Origin: Candidatus Nomurabacteria bacterium
GTDB lineage: Bacteria > Patescibacteriota > Minisyncoccia > Phycocordibacterales > UBA9973
Direction of reading: 5' to 3'
Length of the DNA: 34,932 nucleotides
Assembly: GCA_037440325.1 (NCBI GenBank)
Contig: JBBIUG010000002.1
Span: 1 to 34,932 of the forward strand
Made by a program: the position numbers and the translations under genes. Below the pieces are notes generated by a model that saw only the letters and a list, made by a program, of their open reading frames with translations, had not been told where the DNA came from and did no database searches. Position 1 is the first letter of the stretch. Every line of letters starts with the position of its first letter. Below, one piece after another: positions 17,212 to 26,002 of the stretch.

Positions 17212-17715
17212 TTGCGTGAAAGAATAAACAACCAAATACGAGCCAAAGAAGTTCGGGTTTTAGATAGTGAAAACAAAAATCTTGGAGTTTTAAGTATAAA
17301 AGATGCTCTAGAATTAGCACAGAGCAAAAACTTGGACTTAATAGAGATCTCCCCGAATGGCAATCCACCGATTGCCAAGTTGATGGATTACGGTAAATAC
17401 CAATACGAAGCCGCCAAAAAAATGAAAAAAGCTAAGGCCGGCGCAAATAAAACCGAAACCAAATCCATTCAAATCAAAATAGGCACCGGAGACCATGACT
17501 TGGAGCTGAAAGCGAAAACCGCTTCGAAATGGATAAAGGAAGGACACCGTATCAAAGTTGAACTTTTCCTTTCCGGTCGCGCGAAGTATATGGATGAGAA
17601 ATTTTTGCGAGAACGTTTAGACAGAGTGTTACATTTGATTTCGGAAGATTATAAAATATCAGATCCGTACAAAAAAGGTCCAAAAGGTTTAACAACAACA
17701 ATAGAGAAAAAATAA
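17212..17715 (+). CDS. infC: Translation initiation factor IF-3 (non-ATG TTG start)
   Basis: RINNQIRAKEVRVLDSENKNLGV N-domain and the conserved C-domain. infC-rpmI-rplT order. Confidence 0.9.
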   Translation: MRERINNQIRAKEVRVLDSENKNLGVLSIKDALELAQSKNLDLIEISPNGNPPIAKLMDYGKYQYEAAKKMKKAKAGANKTETKSIQIKIGTGDHDLELKAKTASKWIKEGHRIKVELFLSGRAKYMDEKFLRERLDRVLHLISEDYKISDPYKKGPKGLTTTIEKK

Positions 17716-17716
17716 T

Positions 17717-17914
17717 ATGTCCAAGGGAATGAAAACAAACAAATCATATAGTAAAAGATTGAAAATGACCAAAAGCGGAAAGCTTCTTTCTCGCAAACCT
17801 GGCTTCAATCATTTCAATGCAAAACAATCACGCGGAACCCAGCTCGCTAGTCGTAAACGCGCAAGTTTCGTTGTTAAAAATAAGCCGAAAAGTCATTTGT
17901 TGCCTTTTAGTTAA
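17717..17914 (+). CDS. rpmI: 50S ribosomal protein L35
   Basis: Small basic protein (MKTNKSYSKRLKMTKSGKL...) between infC and rplT. Confidence 0.9.
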   Translation: MSKGMKTNKSYSKRLKMTKSGKLLSRKPGFNHFNAKQSRGTQLASRKRASFVVKNKPKSHLLPFS

Positions 17915-17936
17915 TTTAGAAGTTTAATCAACCAAT

Positions 17937-18311
17937 ATGACCAGAGTAAAAAAGGGAGTACATGCATTAAAAAGAAGAAGAAGTGTTTTGAAACAAACTA
18001 AGGGTTTCCGCCATGGCCGAAGCACCAAGGAACGTCTAGCTAAGGACGCGCTCCTTCATGCTGGAAGCTATTCTTTCGCCCACCGCAAAGATAAAAAGTC
18101 ACACAATCGAAAGCTTTGGAATATCAAAATCAATGCTGGATCTCGCGAGCTCGGCATGTCTTATTCCAAACTTATCGGCACGCTAAAAAAGAATAAAATT
18201 GATTTAGACAGAAAAATTCTTGCCGACCTAGCCGAACACAATCCAAAAACCTTCGCTAAGGTCCTGGAAGCTTTAAAACAAAAACCCACCACAACAAAAA
18301 CCACCTCCTAG
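17937..18311 (+). CDS. rplT: 50S ribosomal protein L20
   Basis: MTRVKKGVHALKRRRSVLKQTKGFRHGRS is the canonical L20 N-terminus. The gene ends in TAG inside the terminator hairpin. Confidence 0.95.
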   Translation: MTRVKKGVHALKRRRSVLKQTKGFRHGRSTKERLAKDALLHAGSYSFAHRKDKKSHNRKLWNIKINAGSRELGMSYSKLIGTLKKNKIDLDRKILADLAEHNPKTFAKVLEALKQKPTTTKTTS

Positions 18312-18323
18312 AGGTGGTTTTTT
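18301..18323. terminator. Bidirectional intrinsic terminator shared by rplT (+) and the LOG-like gene (-)
   Basis: CCACCTC-CTA-GAGGTGG followed by TTTTTT, with an A-run on the other side. Confidence 0.7.
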
Positions 18324-18942
18324 AATTTGTATCAGAGGTTGAGTCTTTGGAAACCTTATACTCCAGTTTGTCTTTTTCTACCAGGGCAACAATTCCTTCT
18401 AGGAGTTTCTTTGGATCAGAGCCGGTAACAATTTTAGGGTTGAATCTATGCGCATTATTTATTATTTGCTCAAGCTCTTCGTGCATCTTCCATGGTCCTT
18501 CAAACACTCCTATCGGCTTCTTGTCTTCAAAGGCAACAGTGAATTCATGAATCGTGCCAATGCGTCCGCAACCACAGATAATGGCATCTGCTGCACGAGT
18601 CATAAGCAAATCACGGCCAGGATAACCAAAACCGGTATAAATAATCAAATCCATATAATCAAGCGGGAGTTTGTAAACTTCCACGTGCTCTTGTTCCGAG
18701 GCTGCTGGAGAAATACCAATACAAATACCTCCTTCTTCTTTTGCTCCCATCGCTGCCCAAAAAGGAAAACCGGTCGTTGCTCCGTTAACCAATACAGCTC
18801 CCTGACGAGCAATTTCTCTTCCAAGTTCTTTCGCTAAATCGAGTGCGCCCAAACCACAGTGCCCTGTCTCGGCTGCGCCAGAAACACAAATTTTTATTTT
18901 GTTGTGAGCATGTTTTTCGGAAAGATTTAATTGCGAATTCAT
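18322..18942 (-). CDS. LOG-family / TIGR00725-like Rossmann nucleotide-binding protein (SLOG superfamily)
   Basis: LVNGATTGFPFWAAMGAKEEGG and GCGRIGTIHEFT correspond to the LOG GGGxxGxMG and PGGxGTxxE motifs. Start set at ATG 18942; a TTG at 18975 is an alternative. Confidence 0.65.
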   Translation of the reverse strand: MNSQLNLSEKHAHNKIKICVSGAAETGHCGLGALDLAKELGREIARQGAVLVNGATTGFPFWAAMGAKEEGGICIGISPAASEQEHVEVYKLPLDYMDLIIYTGFGYPGRDLLMTRAADAIICGCGRIGTIHEFTVAFEDKKPIGVFEGPWKMHEELEQIINNAHRFNPKIVTGSDPKKLLEGIVALVEKDKLEYKVSKDSTSDTN

Positions 18943-18981
18943 AGTTTTAATTGTAGCAAAAAATAAGGAGCACAAGCAAAT

Positions 18982-20394
18982 TTATTTGCTTGATGTCCGA
19001 GTGCTTTTGCTATATGGTACTCCATCTATATTACAATCCAAGATTACACTATCCCCCGCGCTTGGTGTAAAAGCTTCCAGTCCTAAATTATCTCTTAATT
19101 TTTGAACTAGAAACATTGAAGACTTCGGTTCGCCCATTACCACAAAGATTTTTCTAACCGAATCTTGCATATCTTCCACGAAACCGAGCAGACCGTCAGA
19201 GTCCTTGTGCCCAGAGTAGCCGGAGATGGTCACCACATGCGCCCGGACCGGTACATCCTCACCGGAAATATGGACAGTTTTTAATCCTTCTCGGATAAAA
19301 CGCCCTGGGGTGTTCAAAGACTGATACCCGGTCAAAAGAATGGTGTTGTTCGGATCCGGCAAATAGTGCTTTTCGTGGTGCACGATGCGTCCCCCGGTAG
19401 ACATTCCGCTTCCTGCAATAACGATTTTAGGGTTAGCTACCTGTCCTATCATTTTTGACTCTTTTGACTCCAGAGTATTGTGTAATCCTGGGAAATCAAA
19501 CAAATACTTGTCGTGGGACATTGCTTTTTGCGCTGCCTCATTGAAATAGTTCTTAAATTGTCTAAATACGTCAGTCAATCTAATGGCGAGGGGTGAATCT
19601 AGGAAAATCGGCATGACTGGAATCCTGCTATTTTCCACCAAATCGTTAAGTTCGAAAAGTAATTCCTGAGAACGCTCCAAGGAAAAAGTCGGGATGATAA
19701 GAGTCCCTTTTCTTTTGTAATTATCTTCTATCGCCTCTTCCAAAAACCTTCTGCGGTCTTCTCTCGACTCGTGATTTCTATCACCATAAACAGATTCCAT
19801 GACTAAATAATCCGCATCCGTAATTTTCTCGGTATCCGGCAAAAGCATCGAGGGGCTATTTCCTAGGTCTCCGGTAAAAAGAATTTTTTTGCCGTTATAA
19901 ACAAATTCAACCATCGCGGAACCTAAGATGTGTCCAGCATTCAAAAGAGTGACCTCTACGTTATCAGAAATTTTTATTTTTTCTTTGTAAGTAAATCCGT
20001 GCCAAAGAGACAATGCAAGTTTTATACTTTCCTCGGTATAAATTCCGCTCAAGTCGAATTCCTTGTTTTTACTCAAGATGCCGAATGTGTCCTCAAGCAT
20101 CGGGCCAGCAAGCGCTTTGGTCGGTTCGGTAGAATAAATTTTTCCACGAAAACCGTCATAAAGTAATTTCGGAATACGCCCCAAGTGATCCACGTGCGCA
20201 TGAGTAACAAAAAGAATTTCTATGTCTTTTGGATCATATATAAAAGGTTCCCAGTTTACTTCATCCGTCATTTTATCCCCCTGGGTTAGACCGCAATCAA
20301 CTAGAATTTTTTTGCCGTCAATTTCCAAAAGAAAATTTGCGCCCGTTACCGATCCGGCGCCTCCACAAAATGTTATTTTTGCATTTTTTTCCAT
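18982..20394 (-). CDS. Metallo-beta-lactamase / beta-CASP family RNA-metabolising nuclease
   Basis: VTHAHVDHLGRIP (HxHxDH) plus downstream beta-CASP-type segments and the GH...H C-terminal motifs. Confidence 0.85.
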   Translation of the reverse strand: MEKNAKITFCGGAGSVTGANFLLEIDGKKILVDCGLTQGDKMTDEVNWEPFIYDPKDIEILFVTHAHVDHLGRIPKLLYDGFRGKIYSTEPTKALAGPMLEDTFGILSKNKEFDLSGIYTEESIKLALSLWHGFTYKEKIKISDNVEVTLLNAGHILGSAMVEFVYNGKKILFTGDLGNSPSMLLPDTEKITDADYLVMESVYGDRNHESREDRRRFLEEAIEDNYKRKGTLIIPTFSLERSQELLFELNDLVENSRIPVMPIFLDSPLAIRLTDVFRQFKNYFNEAAQKAMSHDKYLFDFPGLHNTLESKESKMIGQVANPKIVIAGSGMSTGGRIVHHEKHYLPDPNNTILLTGYQSLNTPGRFIREGLKTVHISGEDVPVRAHVVTISGYSGHKDSDGLLGFVEDMQDSVRKIFVVMGEPKSSMFLVQKLRDNLGLEAFTPSAGDSVILDCNIDGVPYSKSTRTSSK

Positions 20395-20399
20395 TACAT

Positions 20400-20810
20400 T
20401 TATTCTACTTCATTTCCACGAGAAAACATAATCCTTTTAAAGAAAAATATAATAGCAAAAAGTCCTCCACTTAAATCAAAAAAAATATCGTGGATGGTGT
20501 CGAGAGCATTAAATGGACTATCTGCAATTATTTGATAAAAAACTATTTCAAAAAGTTCCCACAGAACTCCAATCAACAAAACACCCAAAAATATTTTTAA
20601 TATTAAATCCCAAGACAAACGAAGAGAAGTCTCCTCGGAAGTTAAAAACCAAATACATACAAGCCCGATGAATAATCCACCCAAAAAGTGCATCGGCATA
20701 TCGAACCACCAGATAGAGTAGTACCAATAAAGCTTAGTAGCAATAAAATTAATTAAAAAAATAAAGATTACGAGATAGGCGGAGGTTTTAAAAAGCTTTT
20801 TTCTGTCCAT
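20400..20810 (-). CDS. Small 4-TM membrane protein, unknown function
   Basis: ATG start and four hydrophobic segments. A 5-nt gap separates it from the beta-CASP gene. It is preceded by a structured leader. Confidence 0.5.
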   Translation of the reverse strand: MDRKKLFKTSAYLVIFIFLINFIATKLYWYYSIWWFDMPMHFLGGLFIGLVCIWFLTSEETSLRLSWDLILKIFLGVLLIGVLWELFEIVFYQIIADSPFNALDTIHDIFFDLSGGLFAIIFFFKRIMFSRGNEVE

Positions 20811-21037
20811 CGGTATATTCTACCCGTTAAAAAAGGAGTTGTCCAAGAAAAAATCCGCCTTCGCGGAGTTCTTCTTAGGACTATCTCTGATGTATTACCA
20901 TAGCTTTTTACGCTTAGGTGGGTGTTAGACGTGTGCGACCAAGGCCGCATCCGATCGAAACTCCCATAAATTAGTGTTCTAGGTAATAATCGGAAATAAC
21001 CCTACTGTAAGTATATTCGTTCAAAGAAATTTTGCAA
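20811..21037 (-). promoter_or_regulatory. Promoter (TTGCAA-16-TATACT) plus a structured leader of about 190 nt ending in an intrinsic-terminator hairpin; riboswitch/attenuator or sRNA candidate
   Basis: -35 at 21037-21032 and -10 at 21015-21010. Terminator UCCGC-GAAG-GCGGA plus U6 at 20867-20848. An upstream GGAGUU can pair with AACUCC, which overlaps the terminator 5' arm. Confidence 0.4.
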
Positions 21038-21078
21038 GAGCTTTGCTAAAAAAACACGAATTTAAAATAAAAACAAGC

Positions 21079-21615
21079 TTAATTATTTTTTTTCAAGTGG
21101 GCTCTGGTTGTTTGCGTGAACTTTTCGTGCGCTGTTTCATATTCAAAAAGTTCATTTTCGGAAAACCAATGAGCAACTTCGGCTTTTGCTTCTTCCGGAT
21201 CGCCCGAAGCGTGAATCAAATTAGGAATACCGATTTCGTTCATGTCCCCGTGAGCATAACTCATGTGCGCGTAGTCTCCTCTTATCGTCCCGGGTAGAGC
21301 GGACTTCGGTTCGGTCCCCCCCACCATTTTACGCACGAGAGAAACAGCTTCAATCCCCTCCAAAACGAAAGCGATCACTGGGCCCCCACTCATCATCTCT
21401 AGAGTTACATCAAAAGTTTTCTTTCCGCGGCGAGAAATCATCTTTCCAATGTTTTCGTAGTGATAAAAAAAATGATCGTAGTCGGGTTTCAACATTTTTG
21501 CTCCGATGATTTTGAGCCCAACTTTCTCAAATCGCGTTAAAATTTCTCCCGCCAGGCCCCGCTGTACTGCATCCGGTTTTAAAATTATAAGTGTTTTTTC
21601 TTTTGTGTTTGTCAT
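21079..21615 (-). CDS. ndk: Nucleoside diphosphate kinase
   Basis: TLIILKPDAVQRGL, NLIHASD-type active-site region (NLIHASGDPEEA). Start set at ATG 21615. Confidence 0.9.
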   Translation of the reverse strand: MTNTKEKTLIILKPDAVQRGLAGEILTRFEKVGLKIIGAKMLKPDYDHFFYHYENIGKMISRRGKKTFDVTLEMMSGGPVIAFVLEGIEAVSLVRKMVGGTEPKSALPGTIRGDYAHMSYAHGDMNEIGIPNLIHASGDPEEAKAEVAHWFSENELFEYETAHEKFTQTTRAHLKKNN

Positions 21616-21659
21616 ATAAAAATATCCTAACAAAAATTAGAGCCTTTGTAAAATCTATT

Positions 21660-24428
21660 CTACTCCATCGTTTTATATCGATTTATTATCTCAGTTTCCA
21701 CTTCTTCCCTATCGCGACCGTATTTTATGTAGGAAAGTTCCTTCAAATTTTCCACAATGCTTGGATTGCCGATCTCTGGCGCCAAGGTGCGCAGATTAAA
21801 TGGTTTTGTTGGTTGCCCTTTAACCAACATACTCATATAAGCGTTGTAATTGTCGAGTTTGGTAATATCCGCTGCGGTGAATTGTGGTTTGAATTTTGGT
21901 TCCAAAAATACCGCGTCTTCGGTACCTACTCGGAAAACCGCCATCGAACCGACATTGCCAAAGACGGCGTTCTTGATACCCTCTTCAAGCTGGCTGATGT
22001 ATTGATGCGCAATGTTGAGAGACAATCGATATTTTCTCGCCTCCGAAAGAATTGAAGCGATCGAATCGGTGGTGACATTCTGAAACTCATCAATATAAAG
22101 ATAAAAATCATTCATCGGTTTGCCGAACATGTCGACACGCGACAGGGCCGCCATTTGTATTTTCCCCACGAGCACAAGACCGATCAAATTTGCGTTAATG
22201 TCTCCTAGCCTCCCCTTGGACAGATTTACCAAAAGAATTTTCTTCTCGTCCATAATCTTACGGAAATTAAAAACAGAATTTTGCTGAAGCACTACCGGGC
22301 GCATGATGTCGTTCGAGATAAAATTATCGAATTTGGATGAGATATATGGAACAAAGTTCGCAAGCGATTGATCTCCGGAAGTTTGTTCGGCCGCAACCCA
22401 GAATTGCTTAATAATCGGATTTTTACATTTGGAAAGTTTGTAATCACGGAACTTTTTGTCTGCCAATACTCGAGTAATCTCGAGCAGAGTGGAGCCGGAC
22501 TCCGGGTCCTCCATTACCAAGAAGGCGCTATTCCTAAAGTACTGTTCGAACATAGCTCCGCCACCGATTTTCATATCAAAAAGCTTATTAAAAATACCCA
22601 TCATTTCATTTACCACGAAGGTTTTTTGCTCCGGATATTTCGGATCATATTCAAGCATATTAAGACCCATTGGGCGCGCAATATATGCAGGGTCAAAGTA
22701 AATAACATCATCTATACGTTCCTTTGGAATACGAGATAAAATGGTCTGGATATCCGTGCCGTGCGGATCAATATAACAACAGCCGTCCCCGTTTTTGATG
22801 TCCTGGGTAATCATGTTGAGCATAATGTTTGTCTTCCCTGTCCCTGTCTGGCCGATAACATAAAAATGTCTCATGCGGTCTTCGCGAGCAAGGTGAATTT
22901 CTGTATCTTTACCCCGATAATTGTTTACTCCTAAAATTATTCCCTCATTCCCCATTTCAATCGGAGCAGGACCAATGCCGGCTCGTGCTTCTTTGAGCTG
23001 CGGCTGACTGCCAATGCCAACCGGAAAATGAAACACCGAAGAAAGTTCTTTCAAATTCATCGGCAACACCTTGTCGCCCAAAAAGGTGCGGTAGGAAAAA
23101 TCATGAAATAGTTTTTTCAAATCCCCTCCGGAAACTCGTTCGAAAACAAATGAATTGCTGGCTGCTTCGGAAAACTGGTTGAAGGATGATTCTATCTCGC
23201 GCAAAATCGCCTCCGCACGTTCTTTGCTTTCTCCGGAGGCTATCACCCGAATATTCGCTTTCATGATGGTACTTTTTATTTTATTGCCGATTTTTTCTGC
23301 CGCTCCTTCGTCTACCGCTCGCCTGCCTTTCATATATTTCTCTTTTACTTCGCTGTCTTCTTTTTCCTTCTTGCCGAAAAGCAGCTCTTTACCAACGCTA
23401 ATGAAGGCTCTGTTAAATTTATAATAATTATCCGCCGCGTTTTTAACAGACATGCCGTCTTTTACGTCGTCTAGAATTTTATGAAATTCATTAATAAATT
23501 TGTCGCCGGACGGGACGATAACAAGTTGAATCGCTGCCCCCTCCCCTGAAGTTTTTAATTTTGAAAACACATTCAGAATCGGGTTCATCGGATCATGATC
23601 AATATTGTCATACGTTTTTATCGGCATGACTGCTCGCTCGGAAAAACTGGCGTACGCGCCGACCGAGCCGCCTTTTTCATTGAAGATATTGTAATCATCG
23701 GAGACTTCTTTAATTTTCGCATCGTGGTAAAAAGCTAAAACCTGTTTTTCAAAAAGAGAAAGATATTTGTTGGGAACTGCTGCGTACACCACCACTTCGT
23801 CACTTTGATTTCCTAGCGCTACTTCTAGAGTAAAATAATTTTCTTTTTCATTATATTTTCCTTCTCCGATAGATTGCATGCCTGCATAAAATTGTTCCAT
23901 TGCCCCGATGAATTCTTTGAAATTCTTTGATTCATCCGCTTCATCTTGAGGTGGCGGTAAGGTAATTTCAAAAAGCGTCATGTTTAGAGATTTGTAAAAA
24001 GGAGTACCTTCCTTTAAATCAAAAATAACTTGCCCAGTTTTAATATATTGAATAAGAATGCGGTGAAAATCATCGTCTACATGTGGGTTGTTCATCGCCC
24101 CCACCACAGAAAGTGCATTTCGAATTCCTTTAGTGACAACAATTCCCAAAAGCTCTTCCATAACGACATCGTGCGTCTCTGGTTTAAGCGCAAGCACAAT
24201 CCCCTCTGTCTCTTTTTTGCTGATTAGACTGTCTTCATGAACCAGTTTTTCGGCTGGAATATTTTTGTATCCGACAATAACGTCCTTCGCGGCATTTTCC
24301 TTTGTGTGTTCAATGTGTCCGGCCTTGATAAGTTCTTCTTCTCTGGCTTTAACGTGTGCACGCAAATAGTCTAGCTCCTCTTCTGGGCTTTTGAACTTCG
24401 GCATCTCTTTAAAGAATGACGGTTCCAT
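21660..24428 (-). CDS. Large VirD4/TraG/TraD-like (FtsK-HerA superfamily) P-loop ATPase with an unassigned N-terminal half of about 500 aa
   Basis: Walker A GQTGTGKT, Walker B FYLYIDEFQNV, and the TraG/TraD C-terminal-type motif EARKYRLSLNIAHQYISQL. Confidence 0.7.
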   Translation of the reverse strand: MEPSFFKEMPKFKSPEEELDYLRAHVKAREEELIKAGHIEHTKENAAKDVIVGYKNIPAEKLVHEDSLISKKETEGIVLALKPETHDVVMEELLGIVVTKGIRNALSVVGAMNNPHVDDDFHRILIQYIKTGQVIFDLKEGTPFYKSLNMTLFEITLPPPQDEADESKNFKEFIGAMEQFYAGMQSIGEGKYNEKENYFTLEVALGNQSDEVVVYAAVPNKYLSLFEKQVLAFYHDAKIKEVSDDYNIFNEKGGSVGAYASFSERAVMPIKTYDNIDHDPMNPILNVFSKLKTSGEGAAIQLVIVPSGDKFINEFHKILDDVKDGMSVKNAADNYYKFNRAFISVGKELLFGKKEKEDSEVKEKYMKGRRAVDEGAAEKIGNKIKSTIMKANIRVIASGESKERAEAILREIESSFNQFSEAASNSFVFERVSGGDLKKLFHDFSYRTFLGDKVLPMNLKELSSVFHFPVGIGSQPQLKEARAGIGPAPIEMGNEGIILGVNNYRGKDTEIHLAREDRMRHFYVIGQTGTGKTNIMLNMITQDIKNGDGCCYIDPHGTDIQTILSRIPKERIDDVIYFDPAYIARPMGLNMLEYDPKYPEQKTFVVNEMMGIFNKLFDMKIGGGAMFEQYFRNSAFLVMEDPESGSTLLEITRVLADKKFRDYKLSKCKNPIIKQFWVAAEQTSGDQSLANFVPYISSKFDNFISNDIMRPVVLQQNSVFNFRKIMDEKKILLVNLSKGRLGDINANLIGLVLVGKIQMAALSRVDMFGKPMNDFYLYIDEFQNVTTDSIASILSEARKYRLSLNIAHQYISQLEEGIKNAVFGNVGSMAVFRVGTEDAVFLEPKFKPQFTAADITKLDNYNAYMSMLVKGQPTKPFNLRTLAPEIGNPSIVENLKELSYIKYGRDREEVETEIINRYKTME

Positions 24429-24446
24429 TTACTGTATTATAACACA

Positions 24447-24524
24447 AATATCTCGGAAGGAATTTTAAACGTCGTGGGTCCCCTGCCCTTTTGTCTCCGA
24501 GGGCGAAGACGCAAAAAATTCTTT
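24447..24524. repeat. GC-cored hairpin element, copy C (between map and the VirD4-like gene)
   Basis: Arms AATATCTCGGAAGGAATTTTAAAC / GCAAAAAATTCTTTCCGAGATATT enclose GTCGTGGGTCCCCTGCCCTTTTGTCTCCGAGGGCGAAGAC. The core aligns with copy B at the GGGTCCC and AGGGCG blocks. Confidence 0.65.
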
Positions 24525-24535
24525 CCGAGATATTA

Positions 24536-25303
24536 TTATATTTTAGTTAATACTTCTGGCTCGCCCCCAGTAATCAAGAGAGTGTGTTCAAAATGAGCGC
24601 TTTGCTTACCGTCTGCAGTGCGAAAAGTCCACCCGTCTTTATCCAAAACCACATTTTTTGTTCCGTTGTTCACCATCGGCTCTATCGCGATAACCATTCC
24701 TGGAACCAATTTTGCTCCAACGTGTGCTTTTCCAAAATTCGGAATATATGGATCTTCGTGTATTGCCCTGCCGACTCCATGACCTGCTAAAATTTCTACT
24801 ATTCCATATTTGTGTGGACGAACGAAACTCTCCACCGCATGGCTGATATCCCCTATTCTGTTGCCTCCTTGTGCTGCTTCTATGCCAATCTTCAAAGACT
24901 TCTCAGTGATTTCCAAAAGTTTTTTGGAAGCAGGACTGATTTCTCCGACCCCCACTGTAATAGCCATGTCGGTAAAAAGATTTTTGTGTTTAAGCCCTAG
25001 GTCTAAAGAAATAATATCTCCCTCCTTTAGAATTTTTTCTTTTTTGGGTATCCCGTGAACCACTTCATTATTTACCGAAATACAGATTGATGCCGGATAT
25101 GGAGAATCTGCGCCTTCAGGTTTGTAATTTAAAAATGCCGGAGTGTCACCCATTTCTTTTATTAGCTTAAAAGTATAATCATCCAGATCTTTAGTGGAAA
25201 TCCCTGGCTTAACCATATCTTTAACTTTATAAAGAATGGCGGCCAATCTCTTGCCTCCCTCTCTTAATATTTCTATTTCTTCCGGTGTTTTTATTATTAT
25301 CAT
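24536..25303 (-). CDS. map: Methionine aminopeptidase, type I
   Basis: Metal ligands in context: DIISLDLG, DMAITV, GHGVG, IEPM, and EHT. Confidence 0.95.
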   Translation of the reverse strand: MIIIKTPEEIEILREGGKRLAAILYKVKDMVKPGISTKDLDDYTFKLIKEMGDTPAFLNYKPEGADSPYPASICISVNNEVVHGIPKKEKILKEGDIISLDLGLKHKNLFTDMAITVGVGEISPASKKLLEITEKSLKIGIEAAQGGNRIGDISHAVESFVRPHKYGIVEILAGHGVGRAIHEDPYIPNFGKAHVGAKLVPGMVIAIEPMVNNGTKNVVLDKDGWTFRTADGKQSAHFEHTLLITGGEPEVLTKI

Positions 25304-25320
25304 AATCCATTAATCATGTT

Positions 25321-26001
25321 TTAATTGATAACCGTTCCTAAAAATTTTTTTCCATTTAAATAATTCGCCAGATTATCTATCGGTTTACCATTCATGATAA
25401 CCACCTCAAGACCATCTTGTTCTGCTATTTTCGAAGCGACTGGATCAAACGGAGAATTGAGCCCTGGGTCCCACTCTTTCGGAATTAGTTTGCGATATTC
25501 TACCCAAGATATTTTTTCAATTTTCTTAGCATTAGAATTAATTTTAGGATCAGAGTCATAAACATAATCGGTATTGGATAAATTAATTATTTTTTTAGTA
25601 CCCAATTTCTTTGCGCCTTCTACCGCATCCCAGTCAGTACTACGCCCCGGCCCGAAAGCAGAACCAACAACTATCGGTTTATCAAAAGAAAAATTGGAAG
25701 ACGGGTCAGCAACGACTCTATCATGCGCATATTTACCAAAAATCACTCGCAGAAGCTCGGCGTTCAGTTTTAAAGAAGCTATCCCTATCCAATCCAGATC
25801 TTCTGCGCTGGGATCGGAAAGTAGCTTGGCCACACCCTGATACTTTCTACAAATTTTTCCTCCGCCAGTAATAATCATGAACCTCTTTCCTTTTTCAACC
25901 TGCGAGACAATCAATTCTTTGAAATCTTTCAAAAACTGCGCGTCTATTTCTTCCGGAATAATGAGTGATCCTCCTAATGAAATTATGATTGTCTCTTCCA
26001 T
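25321..26001 (-). CDS. pyrH: Amino-acid-kinase-fold UMP kinase, archaeal type
   Basis: About 225 aa. ISLGGSLI...ITGGGKICRKY and the overall layout resemble archaeal PyrH rather than the roughly 240-aa bacterial PyrH. Confidence 0.7.
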   Translation of the reverse strand: MEETIIISLGGSLIIPEEIDAQFLKDFKELIVSQVEKGKRFMIITGGGKICRKYQGVAKLLSDPSAEDLDWIGIASLKLNAELLRVIFGKYAHDRVVADPSSNFSFDKPIVVGSAFGPGRSTDWDAVEGAKKLGTKKIINLSNTDYVYDSDPKINSNAKKIEKISWVEYRKLIPKEWDPGLNSPFDPVASKIAEQDGLEVVIMNGKPIDNLANYLNGKKFLGTVIN

Positions 26002-26002
26002 T

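Noticed and set aside
20811-21037. Identification of the leader as SRP RNA, 6S RNA, or a TPP / preQ1 / purine / fluoride / guanidine-I riboswitch
   Set aside because: I could not find the diagnostic motifs (SRP GGAA-tetraloop helix 8, TPP CUGAGA, ykkC GGUCCGAGAG...ACACGG, and so on). It is left as an unclassified leader in the findings.
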